From NCBI GenBank assembly GCA_963740315.1, contig CAVUDP010000002.1, positions 800,001 to 864,000 on the forward strand: a DNA stretch of 64,000 nucleotides, in the 5' to 3' direction. A program made the position numbers and the translations under genes. The stretch's first letter is position 1. Each line of letters begins with the position of its first letter. Positions 20,469 through 30,792 of the stretch are shown one piece after another. The notes beneath the pieces are model-generated. The model had not been told where the DNA came from and did no database searches. It was given only the letters and a program-made list of their open reading frames with translations. The stretch is from an uncultured cyanobacterium. GTDB lineage: Bacteria; Cyanobacteriota; Cyanobacteriia; Cyanobacteriales; Nostocaceae.

Positions 20469-20716
20469 AGGAGTTAATAGTTATGAGTTAGGAATGTTGT
20501 TTGTGACTTTTGGAGGAATTTTTGGCTGATGATAGCGATGAATCATTCCGATTGCTTCTAACATTTTCAACCGTTCTGTTAAAATTTTAGTTGAAATTCT
20601 GATTTATCGCGGTTGAATCAATTTGATAAAACTAAAACCCAAACTTATAGTGCTTGGACAAAAATCCACAGAAGTTTATTTGAGTTGAAGCTGTTGATAT
20701 TTAACGTGCCTTACAA

Positions 20717-22189
20717 CTAATCTGGTATGGCGTGAGGTATCTTGTCAATTTTCAAAGTGTAAGCTGGTGATTGTTCTACTGTAAACATATTTGGTAGCGT
20801 AATTGACAAGTTTTTTCCGTCTTGTAGCCAAGAAAGTCTACCTCGTACTCCTAACATTGTAATGGTTGCGTTTTTGGGTAAAACTAATTCCGGAATTGTT
20901 ATTTTACGAGTAGTTGGAGCATCAAGCAACACAGCATACAAATTATTTCTGTTTGTGGTGTAGCGCACTCGTATGTCTTCAGGAGTTGTATCTTCCGAGC
21001 GTACCCAATATCGCGAGCCAAAGATAGCTTCACCGTTTATATCTAACCAATTGCCTAAACTAATTAAGCGTTCTTTTTGCAATTCAGAAATTGAACCGTC
21101 TGGCTTTGGACCAATATTAAGCAATAAGTTACCGTTTTTACTTACAACATCAACAAATAAGTCAACTAATTCGTCTGCTGAAATTATATTTAAATCGGTA
21201 TCGTTTTGGTTGTAACCAAACGAGTAACCCAAACCCCGCGTACTTTCCCATTTCTTGGGTTCAATTTCTTGGAATTGACTGTATTCGGGTGTTGAAAAGT
21301 CAAAGGGTAAACCAGATAGTCCGCCCAAATCAAAACGGTCATTTACCACGCCGTCGGGTACGTTATTATAGAAGTAAGCCATAATTTCCAACGTATCATC
21401 TGAACTCGGGTAGCCTAAATCGTTCCACAATATAGATGGTCGGTAGCGATCGATAAGCTCGCGCCAGTGATTATTTGCATATTCAGCATAAACAGGGTCT
21501 TGAATAATTGCTCCCAATAATGTATTAAAATCAGTAACTGTTGTATCTTGGAAAGACCAATCGATACCGCCAGAGTAGTATAAGCCCATACGCATACCTT
21601 CTTGGCGAACCGCTTGTGTCAGTTCGCCAACTATGTCACGCGATGCTACATTTCCTGATTTATGAACGGTATCACTAGTCCATAACAAAAAACCATCATG
21701 GTGTTTAGTAGTTAGCACAACATAACGCGCACCTACTTGAGAAAACAATCTTGCCCACTCCGACGGATTCCAATTTGCGATCGCTTCGTTAAAGCTGGGA
21801 ATAAAGTCGTCATAGGTAAAGTTTTCGCCATAAGTCTGACGATGATAATTATAGGTATCGCCTCCTTCAAGTTTCATTGAGTTGTAATACCATTCAGCAT
21901 AAGGATTATATTTAAACCAATAATCCCAACCTTGGGAAGCAACTACCTCATTAAATTCCCCAGTTAATGGTGCCCAACCAGGTACTGAGTAAACGCCCCA
22001 ATGAATGAAAATGCCGAGTTTTGCATCCTTGAACCATTTCGGAACTTCATGCTTTGATAACGATTCTATTGTTGGTTCATATTTATTCGATGCAAGAGTA
22101 ATTTTTTCAGTTGAATTCCAAATTATACCTAGTAATACCGTAATCAGAAATAGGCTCTTAAAAAACTTAAACATCATAATGGTTCTCAA
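20717..22189 (-). CDS. Alpha-L-fucosidase (GH29), exported
   Basis: WF.DAKLGIFIHWGVYSVP, TTKHHDGF, LWND, VSKNGNLLLNIGP; N-terminal signal. Confidence 0.95.
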   Translation of the reverse strand: MRTIMMFKFFKSLFLITVLLGIIWNSTEKITLASNKYEPTIESLSKHEVPKWFKDAKLGIFIHWGVYSVPGWAPLTGEFNEVVASQGWDYWFKYNPYAEWYYNSMKLEGGDTYNYHRQTYGENFTYDDFIPSFNEAIANWNPSEWARLFSQVGARYVVLTTKHHDGFLLWTSDTVHKSGNVASRDIVGELTQAVRQEGMRMGLYYSGGIDWSFQDTTVTDFNTLLGAIIQDPVYAEYANNHWRELIDRYRPSILWNDLGYPSSDDTLEIMAYFYNNVPDGVVNDRFDLGGLSGLPFDFSTPEYSQFQEIEPKKWESTRGLGYSFGYNQNDTDLNIISADELVDLFVDVVSKNGNLLLNIGPKPDGSISELQKERLISLGNWLDINGEAIFGSRYWVRSEDTTPEDIRVRYTTNRNNLYAVLLDAPTTRKITIPELVLPKNATITMLGVRGRLSWLQDGKNLSITLPNMFTVEQSPAYTLKIDKIPHAIPD

Positions 22190-22463
22190 AGCATATATAT
22201 CACTAATATCATGAGAACTGTACAGCTATATACTCTATTTGAGTTAGAAGCATAGTTTATCATCGACTCGTTCGTTTGTAATTATGTGTTTAGTAGCCAT
22301 AATTGCGAACATATGCCTAATCTGATATTTTTGCAAATATGTCTTTTGGCATACTTTTGGCTACGTAATTCTCTTAACTCATTAAAAAATGAGCGAACCG
22401 GGAGTAATTAGCAAAATAATAGATAATTAATTATCAATTACCAATTACCAATTACCAATTATC

Positions 22464-24293
22464 ATGGGCTATCAACCAATTGAAAATTACGGCATTATCG
22501 GCAATATGCATACCACCGCTTTGGTGGGGATGAATGGTTCAATCGATTGGTTTTGCTACCCCAGACATGATTCGCCAAGCGTTTTTGCCGGTATACTCGA
22601 CGAAGAAAAGGGCGGACATTTCCGTATTTTTCCTACACTTTGCAATAATACTCATAAACAATTTTACTGGCCCGAAACTAATGTTTTAGTAACTCGCTTT
22701 CTGGCAGATTGTGGTGTTGGGGAAGTTATTGATTTTATGCCTGTAGGATTGTCAACTTCGGAAGATGGTTATCACTGGTTGGTAAGGAAAGTAAATTGCG
22801 TGCGGAGTAGTATGAAGTTTCGCATGGAATGTTACCCGGCTTTTAATTATGCTCGCGATAAGCACGAAACACAGCTTAGTGAAGGTGGGGTTATTTTCAA
22901 GTCATCCGATTTGAATTTAGGATTGGTGACTGATATCCCCCTCAAGGAAGATGACAAAGGCGTATTTGCCGAGTTTAGTTTAGCTGAGGGAGAATCGGCA
23001 GTATTTATATTGCGTGAAGTAGATTGCGATCGCGGTTGTGGTTTACCTTTGAATCCAGAAGAAACTACACAGATATTTGAACATACTATACATTACTGGC
23101 GGCGCTGGATTTCTAAATGCACTTATAAAGGTAGATGGCGGGAAACTGTAGAACGTTCGGCGTTAATGTTAAAGTTGCTTACCTACGAACCAACGGGAGC
23201 AATTGTAGCAGCACCAACTTGTGGTTTACCCGAAGCTTTGGGTGGAGAGCGTAATTGGGATTACCGTTACAGTTGGATTCGCGATGCTGCTTTTACCCTA
23301 TATGGGTTGATCCGAATTGGTTTTACAGAAGAAGCGGGGCAGTTTATCAATTGGATTATATCCCTTTGTCCGTCGCATTCAGAAGATGATTCGCAGTTGC
23401 AGATTGTATACGGTATTGATGGTAGAAAAAATCTAGAAGAAGAAGTTTTAGACCATTTGGAAGGATACAAGGGTTCTTCTCCCGTTCGTATCGGCAACGG
23501 TGCTTACGATCAAACCCAACTTGATATTTACGGCGAGCTAATGGATGCAGTGTATCTTTATAACAAGTATGGAATGCCGATATCCTACGATACCTGGGTA
23601 AATTTGAGTAAATATGTCGAATGGGTTTGCGATAACTGGCATATAAAAGACCACGGTATTTGGGAAACCAGAGACGGAAAACAAGAATTTGTTTATTCCA
23701 AATTAATGTGTTGGGTAGCAGTCGATCGCGGTTTGCGTTTAGCCGAAAAACGTTCTTTCCCTGCCAATCGCGAAAAATGGCTCGAAGTTCGCGATGAGAT
23801 ATACCTCGATATCATGGAAAACGGATGGTGCGAAGAAAAACAAGCCTTTGTCCAGTATTACGGCAGCAGTACCCTAGATGCCAGCAATCTAATCATGCCC
23901 TTGATATTCTTCATGTCACCCACAGATCCCAGAATGCTCAAAACAATCGATGCAATCATGAAGTCTCCGCAAGAAGGAGGGCTTTTATCCAACAGTTTAG
24001 TATATCGTTACAACACCAAAGATTACAGCGACGGGTTAGAAGGTGAAGAAGGAAGCTTTAATTTGTGTACGTTTTGGTTAGTAGAAGCTTTGACTCGTGC
24101 CGGAAGAGGACAAGATTCCGAACGGTTAGATAAAGCAAGATTAATATTTGAAGAAATGTTAAGTTACGCCAATCATTTGGGATTGTATGCAGAAGAGACG
24201 GGTACTAGTGGGGAAGCATTAGGAAACTTTCCCCAAGCCTTTACACATTTAGCGTTGATTAGCGCCGCTTATAATTTGGATCGCTCTATTTGA
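22464..24293 (+). CDS. Glycoside hydrolase family 15 (trehalase/glucoamylase-like)
   Basis: [44 protein letters not shown]. Confidence 0.95.
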   Translation: MGYQPIENYGIIGNMHTTALVGMNGSIDWFCYPRHDSPSVFAGILDEEKGGHFRIFPTLCNNTHKQFYWPETNVLVTRFLADCGVGEVIDFMPVGLSTSEDGYHWLVRKVNCVRSSMKFRMECYPAFNYARDKHETQLSEGGVIFKSSDLNLGLVTDIPLKEDDKGVFAEFSLAEGESAVFILREVDCDRGCGLPLNPEETTQIFEHTIHYWRRWISKCTYKGRWRETVERSALMLKLLTYEPTGAIVAAPTCGLPEALGGERNWDYRYSWIRDAAFTLYGLIRIGFTEEAGQFINWIISLCPSHSEDDSQLQIVYGIDGRKNLEEEVLDHLEGYKGSSPVRIGNGAYDQTQLDIYGELMDAVYLYNKYGMPISYDTWVNLSKYVEWVCDNWHIKDHGIWETRDGKQEFVYSKLMCWVAVDRGLRLAEKRSFPANREKWLEVRDEIYLDIMENGWCEEKQAFVQYYGSSTLDASNLIMPLIFFMSPTDPRMLKTIDAIMKSPQEGGLLSNSLVYRYNTKDYSDGLEGEEGSFNLCTFWLVEALTRAGRGQDSERLDKARLIFEEMLSYANHLGLYAEETGTSGEALGNFPQAFTHLALISAAYNLDRSI

Positions 24294-24317
24294 AGATGGG
24301 GAGATGGGGGGATGGGG

Positions 24318-24369
24318 AGTACTTCGACAAGTCTTACAGTGAGCTACGTCGAACTGCTCAGTAACCTTT
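24318..24369 (+). repeat. 52-bp dispersed element, copy 1 of 5
   Basis: AGTACTTCGACAAGTCTTACAGTGAGCTACGTCGAACTGCTCAGTAACCTTT, identical at 27647-27698 (reverse), 36101, 36181 and 36245. Confidence 0.93.
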
Positions 24370-24558
24370 GGGGAGATGGGGGGAATTTACTCGTTCCCAG
24401 TCTCCAGGCTGGGAACGCATTCTCGAAGGCTCTGCCTTCAGTCTCGCGCATGAGGCAGAGCCTCTAGAAGGGTATTACAAGGCTCTGCCTTGTAACAAGA
24501 AATCTCTCCATCTCTCCATCTCCCCCCCTCTTCCCCCTCTTTCCCCATGCCCAATTCT

Positions 24559-25506
24559 CTAATCTTTCAACTCTGGTAAATCCATAATTTGCTTAACGTT
24601 AGTTACAATAATTTGTGGCTTATCTCTATAAATACTCAATTCCCCTTTCACGTATGCATAGCTTCTACGTGGATGTTCTTCATCTGTAGAGATATAACGG
24701 TTTTTAATTAAACTCATAATTTTTACTCCAGCAGCGTCATCAACTTTGGGAATGAACACTGAAAACGGCTTGTCTACAGAGCCGATACCGATAAACATAT
24801 TGTTTCCCGCAATACGTTTGGGGTTGCGTAATTCGGTAAAAATGGTTGCTTCTTCTTCTTTTTTCGCTAATTCCAATACTTTTTCATAATCGAGACGGGT
24901 ATTGAAGACAGTCGAATCTTTATTTGCTTGCTTAAACCGTCGATAATTTTGAATTATTTCAGCCCTTAAATACCACCAAACGCCCAAATATGCGTAATTA
25001 CGGACTTCAGAGCCATTCACCTCGATTTGATTCCAAACTCCGAGATTTCCTATTTGTGCTTCCTTTTCGGCTTGCATATATCGTTCGTGATTGTCGGGAA
25101 GTGCTGCATAACCATACTTCATAAAATAGGGACTAAAACCCTTTTTAATCATATGTTCCTGAAAATCGGTACCGTCTTTGAGATAAACAAATACCAATAA
25201 ACGACCGTAATTTCCTCGGTATTTCTTTACGCATTCCTCTACGGATTCATTACCGGGGAATTGCAACTTGACTTTATCGCCAGCTTTGAATAATTTTTCA
25301 GCTTCCTTTTTCGCTTGCTTTCCCCAAGGAGTAACGGGTTTCGGGCTACCTGCATTGGATTCTTCAGTATCGAGCGCCAAGATCCGCAGACTTTCTTCCT
25401 CACCTTGTACTTTAACGCGGATAGTATCGCCATCCACAACCCGCACTACAGTAGCATCAACAGTTGTACCCTCGATCGCCTTTGTTTTTTCCTTTGTTGC
25501 TGGCAT
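24559..25506 (-). CDS. Thermonuclease (SNase) family protein with C-terminal extension
   Basis: VVRVVDGDT, LRI..LDT.E, YGRLL..VY, AE.EA....LGVW; an additional ~140-aa tail ending VKGELSIY..KPQIIV. Confidence 0.88.
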   Translation of the reverse strand: MPATKEKTKAIEGTTVDATVVRVVDGDTIRVKVQGEEESLRILALDTEESNAGSPKPVTPWGKQAKKEAEKLFKAGDKVKLQFPGNESVEECVKKYRGNYGRLLVFVYLKDGTDFQEHMIKKGFSPYFMKYGYAALPDNHERYMQAEKEAQIGNLGVWNQIEVNGSEVRNYAYLGVWWYLRAEIIQNYRRFKQANKDSTVFNTRLDYEKVLELAKKEEEATIFTELRNPKRIAGNNMFIGIGSVDKPFSVFIPKVDDAAGVKIMSLIKNRYISTDEEHPRRSYAYVKGELSIYRDKPQIIVTNVKQIMDLPELKD

Positions 25507-25777
25507 GATTTGAATTCCCGCTTACGATGAAAATTTATTTTCACCTATTGGTGTAACAGAAAACATCTGTAAACGGTACAAGTTTAGATTAAAAGTAATA
25601 ATAAGAACTGTTGCGGCACTGGGCATTGAGATTAATCAAACAGCGCTTGCTCGCCAATCTATTCCTATAATAAATAGGTTAATCGTTGTCGATAGATTTT
25701 TTATTTGCGATCGCGATCTGGCGTTCACTCGAAGCGCAGTCTACGATCGCAGCTTTTGATCGAAGAATTTATGAGGA

Positions 25778-26782
25778 TTAATTCGCTTTTGGTTTCCGAC
25801 GATGGTTCCAACGATACTCATACCCCGGATCTCTATCTACAAGAGCCTTGATGGCGTTTCTTACTGCTCTCCAGGTAGATGTGTTGGGGTAGATTAGCTC
25901 GAAATGTCCGGCATTGGGGAGTAACTTTAGATATACCTCGTCATATTGGGTGGCAACTTCCACATATTCTTCGAGATATTCTTTAGGCACGATTTGATCC
26001 TCGATACCGGACAAGTGCCACTGTGGAACCCCCAAGGGCAGTAACTCGCGGGGTGAAGCTTGTTCATACCTGTCGGGTACCTCCGTTGGGAGTCCACCAA
26101 CAAGCTGCTGACACGCCCCAAGACAAATGTTCTGCTCTACCCCGGTAATGAGGTCAGGAATACCAGCCAAAGATACGACACCGTGGACGCGCACGCCCTC
26201 TTCTACATACAGCGGGCTGGTTTTCGGGAGATTATGCCGACCTGCCAGCCACAGCGCTAAATGTCCTCCCGCTGAATGCCCGACAGTGACAAGTCGGGAG
26301 AGATCGAGATCGAATTCGGGTGCGATCGTCTCAAGAAAGTTTGTCCCCACAGACACATCTTCAAAAGTCCCAGTCCAACCACCCCCATTACCGAGCCGAC
26401 GGTATTCCAAATTCCATACAGCTATACCTTCCTCTTTTAATGCCGCCGCCATTTGTCCCATAAGATTCAGTCCGTATTCTGCCAGCCAACAGCCGCCGTG
26501 AATCAGAACGATCGTAGGATGAGGTCCGGGCTTTTGCGGAAGATAAAGTTCGCCGAACTGAGAAGGATCTGAACCGTAGGAAATACGGCGATCGCCTGGT
26601 ACATCAGGGAAGGTCAGTATTTCCTCTAATGTTAAAATTTCGGACGGCTCTGCATCCTTGGGTCTTTTCTTTATACTTCGGCTATCCCTTGCTGATGCTG
26701 ATATAGATCGTGCAATTATGCTACTACTTCCGATAATTGCAACAGCAGACAGCCCACGGTTTACGAATTTGCGACGCTTCAT
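25778..26782 (-). CDS. Alpha/beta hydrolase (esterase) with Tat-like signal
   Basis: MKRRKFV; IHGGCW; GHSAGG nucleophile; GHFEL. Confidence 0.9.
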   Translation of the reverse strand: MKRRKFVNRGLSAVAIIGSSSIIARSISASARDSRSIKKRPKDAEPSEILTLEEILTFPDVPGDRRISYGSDPSQFGELYLPQKPGPHPTIVLIHGGCWLAEYGLNLMGQMAAALKEEGIAVWNLEYRRLGNGGGWTGTFEDVSVGTNFLETIAPEFDLDLSRLVTVGHSAGGHLALWLAGRHNLPKTSPLYVEEGVRVHGVVSLAGIPDLITGVEQNICLGACQQLVGGLPTEVPDRYEQASPRELLPLGVPQWHLSGIEDQIVPKEYLEEYVEVATQYDEVYLKLLPNAGHFELIYPNTSTWRAVRNAIKALVDRDPGYEYRWNHRRKPKAN

Positions 26783-26990
26783 TATATGTGCTTTTTAGCT
26801 ATGCAGGTAGCTGAACATCTAAACTGTAACAAAGTATATCATTTTACCTTTCTTATGTCACTTTTTAAGTATTACTGATAGAGAAACAATAATTGACTAT
26901 AAATGCGATCGCATTAAGCTAAGGCACGCATCGCCTAAGTTTGTAGATCGAAGTTATCTTGATGTTAAACTTGCGATTAAATAAGACTTA

Positions 26991-27461
26991 TCAGTTATTT
27001 ATATTAAGAAAACTTTTGATGCACGATACCGCTTTATATTTACCACTCTTACCCGAAGTGTAATAATGAGTTAGAGGTAGTTGTTCGCCAGATACTAATA
27101 CAATGGTAACTCGGTAGGTATTGCCGTCACTACTTATGGATTCTTCGACTTGAACATCTTTAATCTCATTTAAATGATATTTAATAACTTTTATACCAGA
27201 TAAACCTTTTCTTTTTAAAATGAAATTGCCTAAAGTTCTATCGAATCGATAGGTTGCAAATGGACTAACGTAGATCGAAAACAAACCGCTTGCAATAAAA
27301 ACTCCACCGAGTAAAATTGTCCAAAATTGGTTATCTTGATTTTTTATCAAACTTGCAATTATAAAAAATCCCAACGGTATAGATACACCTGCTATTATCC
27401 ATAGAAAAAGTGGTCGCTCTTGAAGTATCAATAGGTTTTGGGAACGTTGTACAACTTTCAT
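26991..27461 (-). CDS. Hypothetical membrane protein (two TM)
   Basis: Two hydrophobic segments followed by a soluble beta-rich domain (DG.TYRV..VL.SGE..PLT). Confidence 0.75.
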   Translation of the reverse strand: MKVVQRSQNLLILQERPLFLWIIAGVSIPLGFFIIASLIKNQDNQFWTILLGGVFIASGLFSIYVSPFATYRFDRTLGNFILKRKGLSGIKVIKYHLNEIKDVQVEESISSDGNTYRVTIVLVSGEQLPLTHYYTSGKSGKYKAVSCIKSFLNINN

Positions 27462-27646
27462 AGCTTATCCCCGGTTACAAGATTTGAGAAAAATGCCAGA
27501 TTTTTATCGTACATATTTCACTATTGCTATGCTTTTACACGGGAAATCTCATATATTCTACATTAAATATTATACAAGTGATTTAATAAGTACTTAAGAA
27601 TTAGTTAATAAGCATTTCTCTAGAATTCCTATCTCCCCCTCTCCCC

Positions 27647-27698
27647 AAAGGTTACTGAGCAGTTCGACGTAGCTCACTGTAAGACTTGTCGAAGTACT
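27647..27698 (-). repeat. 52-bp dispersed element, reverse copy
   Basis: Exact reverse complement of 24318-24369, lying within an STRR tract. Confidence 0.93.
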
Positions 27699-27748
27699 CC
27701 CCATCCCCTCATCTCCCCATCCCCCCCTCTCCCCATCCTCCCCTCTCC

Positions 27749-29815
27749 TCATCCCCCCATCTTCTTCAAACTCGCCATCACCTGATGCTTTTCCAAAACT
27801 CTAATTAAACTTTGCGCTTGCAATTTATATAAAGGTACTGGCAAAGTTTGAGGTAAATTATTAATTAATTCTCTAGCTTTATCGAGGGGCAAGTTAGAAA
27901 TTTTGGAAATTTGATTTGCACCTTCAAACTTAGCGTCTTCTGTCATTGCATTTTCAATTACTATTTGCCAATGTTTGGGATAAATACCAATTCTTCCTTG
28001 TTCCATTCTTGTTAATCCGTCGATAGTTGCAAGTACAACTAAACGGATTCCTGATTCTATTATTCTGTATTCTTTGGGCATTAATTCCGCTGGTCGCGGT
28101 GGATTTTGGTATATAATTGGTACGACTCCATAACCATAAGCAATTTCTGAAAGCATTAAACCATTTAAAGTATCGACTTCGCTAAATTGATATTCGGTGA
28201 CTAAAACTGTTTGATTTTGAAGACGGAATAAATCGAGAATATTTTCACCAAATGCTGCTCCAGCAAAGGCTTCTGCTGCTACTGCATAGGCTGATATAAT
28301 TTGAGCGTTAGGTAAGATTTGGGCTAGATTTTCACTTAATCTTTGTCCGAAGGTACGAATTACTAAGTTACTTTCAGGGTTTATTTTTCGAGCTTTTAAC
28401 GCCATTTCTACGTTTAATATTTCGTCTTCGCTGGTAGCAATTATAGTTTTAGCTGTAGAAAGATTTACTTTATTCAAAGATTCGTTTAAATCGCCAGAAA
28501 ATAAAGGTATATTGGGCAAAAAATTGTTTTCCAAGTCGTCTTCTAAAACTATAGCTACTAAAGACTGATGGAATTCTTGTAATAATTTTGCTACCTTACT
28601 TCCTACTCTTTTAATCCCAATAATTACTATATGATCTGCTTCGGGAACCTGAGCGCGTCGGTTAGAAAACAAAAATTTAGCCGATAAAAGTTTTTCGGTA
28701 GCTAAGGCATACAATACACCCACAAAAGCAGTTCCAGCTACCGCTAATGTTAAGGCTACAATTTGCAGAATTTGAGATTCTGAATATCCGCTATATAAGA
28801 AATCCGCATATCCACCCAAAAGTAAACTAATTGCGATATAAAAAGCAGTAGTAGACTTATCAACTAAAAAGTAAAATAAGATAGTTCCTATAATTGTTAA
28901 ACCAACTGTAACTAAACCAGAAACAATTACCACGCGACGAACTTGCGAACTTGAATGCCAATATTCTAAATACTTCTTTCTAATTTCAATTTTACGGATA
29001 AAATTAGTTGGGTTTTGCCATATTCTCGGTTTTTTGGGAATATTATTAATCGAATTTTTTTGTTGTCTTAACAGCAAGCTCTTAAATTTTTCAACATATA
29101 TTACAGTTGAACCTTCTTGAATTATTGTTTCCGAATCCCAATCATAAAAGCAATTAAAGTTATAATTATCATTCGGTAAATAACAAAGTAACTTGCGAAG
29201 TTCTGAACTTATTTCAAATAGCTGACGACGATGAAAATTATCACCATAACGAACTTTTTCCTGAAATATTCCCAACCAGTTACCGTCTAAATTAAAAAAT
29301 CCTAACGAATCTCCCCCCAAAGCTGCTAAAGCAAAAGATGCTGCGGATAAATGAATCGGATCGAAAGCAACAAAATTAGTTAATTGTTCCTCCAAAAGTT
29401 GATTTAAATTTTCCTTTGTCGAACGAACTACCAAACGAGCGTTTTTGTTAAGTTGTCTTACAGCGATCGCAGTTTCGGCATTAATCAGTTCGTTACTCGT
29501 GACAATCAAGACAGCACGACAAAGTTCGATTTTTGCACGTTCAAAAGTACTATTTTGACGACAATCACCAATAATTAATTCATCGAGATAATTATCTAAA
29601 TTAGGAATTCTCCAACTGTTTGGCTGTACTAACTCAATTGCGACAACCTTTACGCCAAATTGTTTCAGCGCAACTACGCATTGCTGCCCCAATCCTCCCA
29701 AACCGCAAACTAAAAAGCGTTCTTCTGTAGCTGATTGATGTTCTCCCATGTCTATATTATCTTCGATTTTATATATTGAGGATAGTACAATCTTAGAAAA
29801 AACCCTTATAAACAA
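27749..29815 (-). CDS. TrkA/RCK-domain potassium-channel-like protein (probable start 29749)
   Basis: VCGLGGLG Rossmann RCK domain, central TM pair around LLGGY, second RCK domain. Confidence 0.85.
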   Translation of the reverse strand: MFIRVFSKIVLSSIYKIEDNIDMGEHQSATEERFLVCGLGGLGQQCVVALKQFGVKVVAIELVQPNSWRIPNLDNYLDELIIGDCRQNSTFERAKIELCRAVLIVTSNELINAETAIAVRQLNKNARLVVRSTKENLNQLLEEQLTNFVAFDPIHLSAASFALAALGGDSLGFFNLDGNWLGIFQEKVRYGDNFHRRQLFEISSELRKLLCYLPNDNYNFNCFYDWDSETIIQEGSTVIYVEKFKSLLLRQQKNSINNIPKKPRIWQNPTNFIRKIEIRKKYLEYWHSSSQVRRVVIVSGLVTVGLTIIGTILFYFLVDKSTTAFYIAISLLLGGYADFLYSGYSESQILQIVALTLAVAGTAFVGVLYALATEKLLSAKFLFSNRRAQVPEADHIVIIGIKRVGSKVAKLLQEFHQSLVAIVLEDDLENNFLPNIPLFSGDLNESLNKVNLSTAKTIIATSEDEILNVEMALKARKINPESNLVIRTFGQRLSENLAQILPNAQIISAYAVAAEAFAGAAFGENILDLFRLQNQTVLVTEYQFSEVDTLNGLMLSEIAYGYGVVPIIYQNPPRPAELMPKEYRIIESGIRLVVLATIDGLTRMEQGRIGIYPKHWQIVIENAMTEDAKFEGANQISKISNLPLDKARELINNLPQTLPVPLYKLQAQSLIRVLEKHQVMASLKKMGG

Positions 29816-30021
29816 CTATCTGTAATTTTGCATTAGTAATACGAGAATACACCCAGATTTTCAAAAATTTTCTATTCCCTCCACGAAGAAATAATCAATC
29901 AGAATCGAATGTATTTAATATATATACAGTTTATTTGACAGCAAATTACGAAATTGGTAATTGGTAATATAGGTTACTTATTGCTTGTCGGCGAACACTA
30001 CATAGCAATTTGAAGCAACAA

Positions 30022-30051
30022 GAAACCCGGTTTTTCCAAAAAACCGGGTTT
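30022..30051 (-). terminator. Hairpin downstream of the 30096-30521 gene
   Basis: AAACCCGGTTTTT-CCA-AAAAACCGGGTTT inverted repeat. It may instead be a dispersed repeat (half copy at 46501). Confidence 0.5.
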
Positions 30052-30095
30052 ATAAATCCTCAATTGGTAACTGCTAACTGGTAACTGCTAACTGC

Positions 30096-30521
30096 TCACT
30101 GATTCATTACATATCTGGATTTCTCCCACAAACCCAAACCTCGTTGTTTAGCATTCGCTTCTGCTACCAAAAATTGGGTTCTGGTTTCATAACAATTTTG
30201 TTCTACAGATAATTTATCTACAACAGCTTTACCTTCTTTCACCATTTGCAGATTTATTGATTGATTATTTGAAAATACTTCCCCAACAATTCGATCGTTT
30301 TCATAGGTATCTGCAAATCGAATCACCACGGGGCTATTTTTTGGTAAAAGCTGCTTCAATCTTGCATTAGCTTCGTTTCTGCGGGATTTTCGAGTCGGTA
30401 TGTGAATGCAGGCAAGTTTTACGGTAGCTGCTTCCCCTTGATTGTTTTTAGCGCGAATCGTTTCCCCATCTACCACACCCACTACCGTCGCCAGTATCAA
30501 CATCAGTTGAGTTAAATCCAT
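30096..30521 (-). CDS. Small thermonuclease-fold protein, probably catalytically degenerate
   Basis: VV.VVDGET, KLACI, INLQMV.EG.A, AE..AK....GLW. Lacks the DGDT/DAPE/YGR catalytic residues. Confidence 0.8.
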   Translation of the reverse strand: MDLTQLMLILATVVGVVDGETIRAKNNQGEAATVKLACIHIPTRKSRRNEANARLKQLLPKNSPVVIRFADTYENDRIVGEVFSNNQSINLQMVKEGKAVVDKLSVEQNCYETRTQFLVAEANAKQRGLGLWEKSRYVMNQ

Positions 30522-30617
30522 TGTTTTTATTTTAAAAAAGAATATAAGTATTTATATGTTACTTTAATAACTGCGTATTTGACTAGGATTTAACTAAGGT
30601 TTTGAAGAGTCGTAGTT

Positions 30618-30724
30618 TGTAGGTTGGGTTAGACACCAAAATTAATTTGATTGAAAATGATAACTTTTAATCGTGTCGTAACCCAACATCAATAATTGAA
30701 ACAACCACAAATAATGTTGGGTTT
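30618..30724. repeat. GTAGGTTGGGTT REP/MITE-like element (3 copies flanking the RTX-like gene)
   Basis: TGTAGGTTGGGTTAGACAC.AAAATTAATTTGATT...GTGTCGTAACCCAACAT at 30618, 32464 and 32759. Confidence 0.85.
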
Positions 30725-30792
30725 TAATATTGTGGGAAGAAGCATCTCCCCACCGTGAAGACGGATGAGGAATTCTGCTAAATTGTTAAAAA

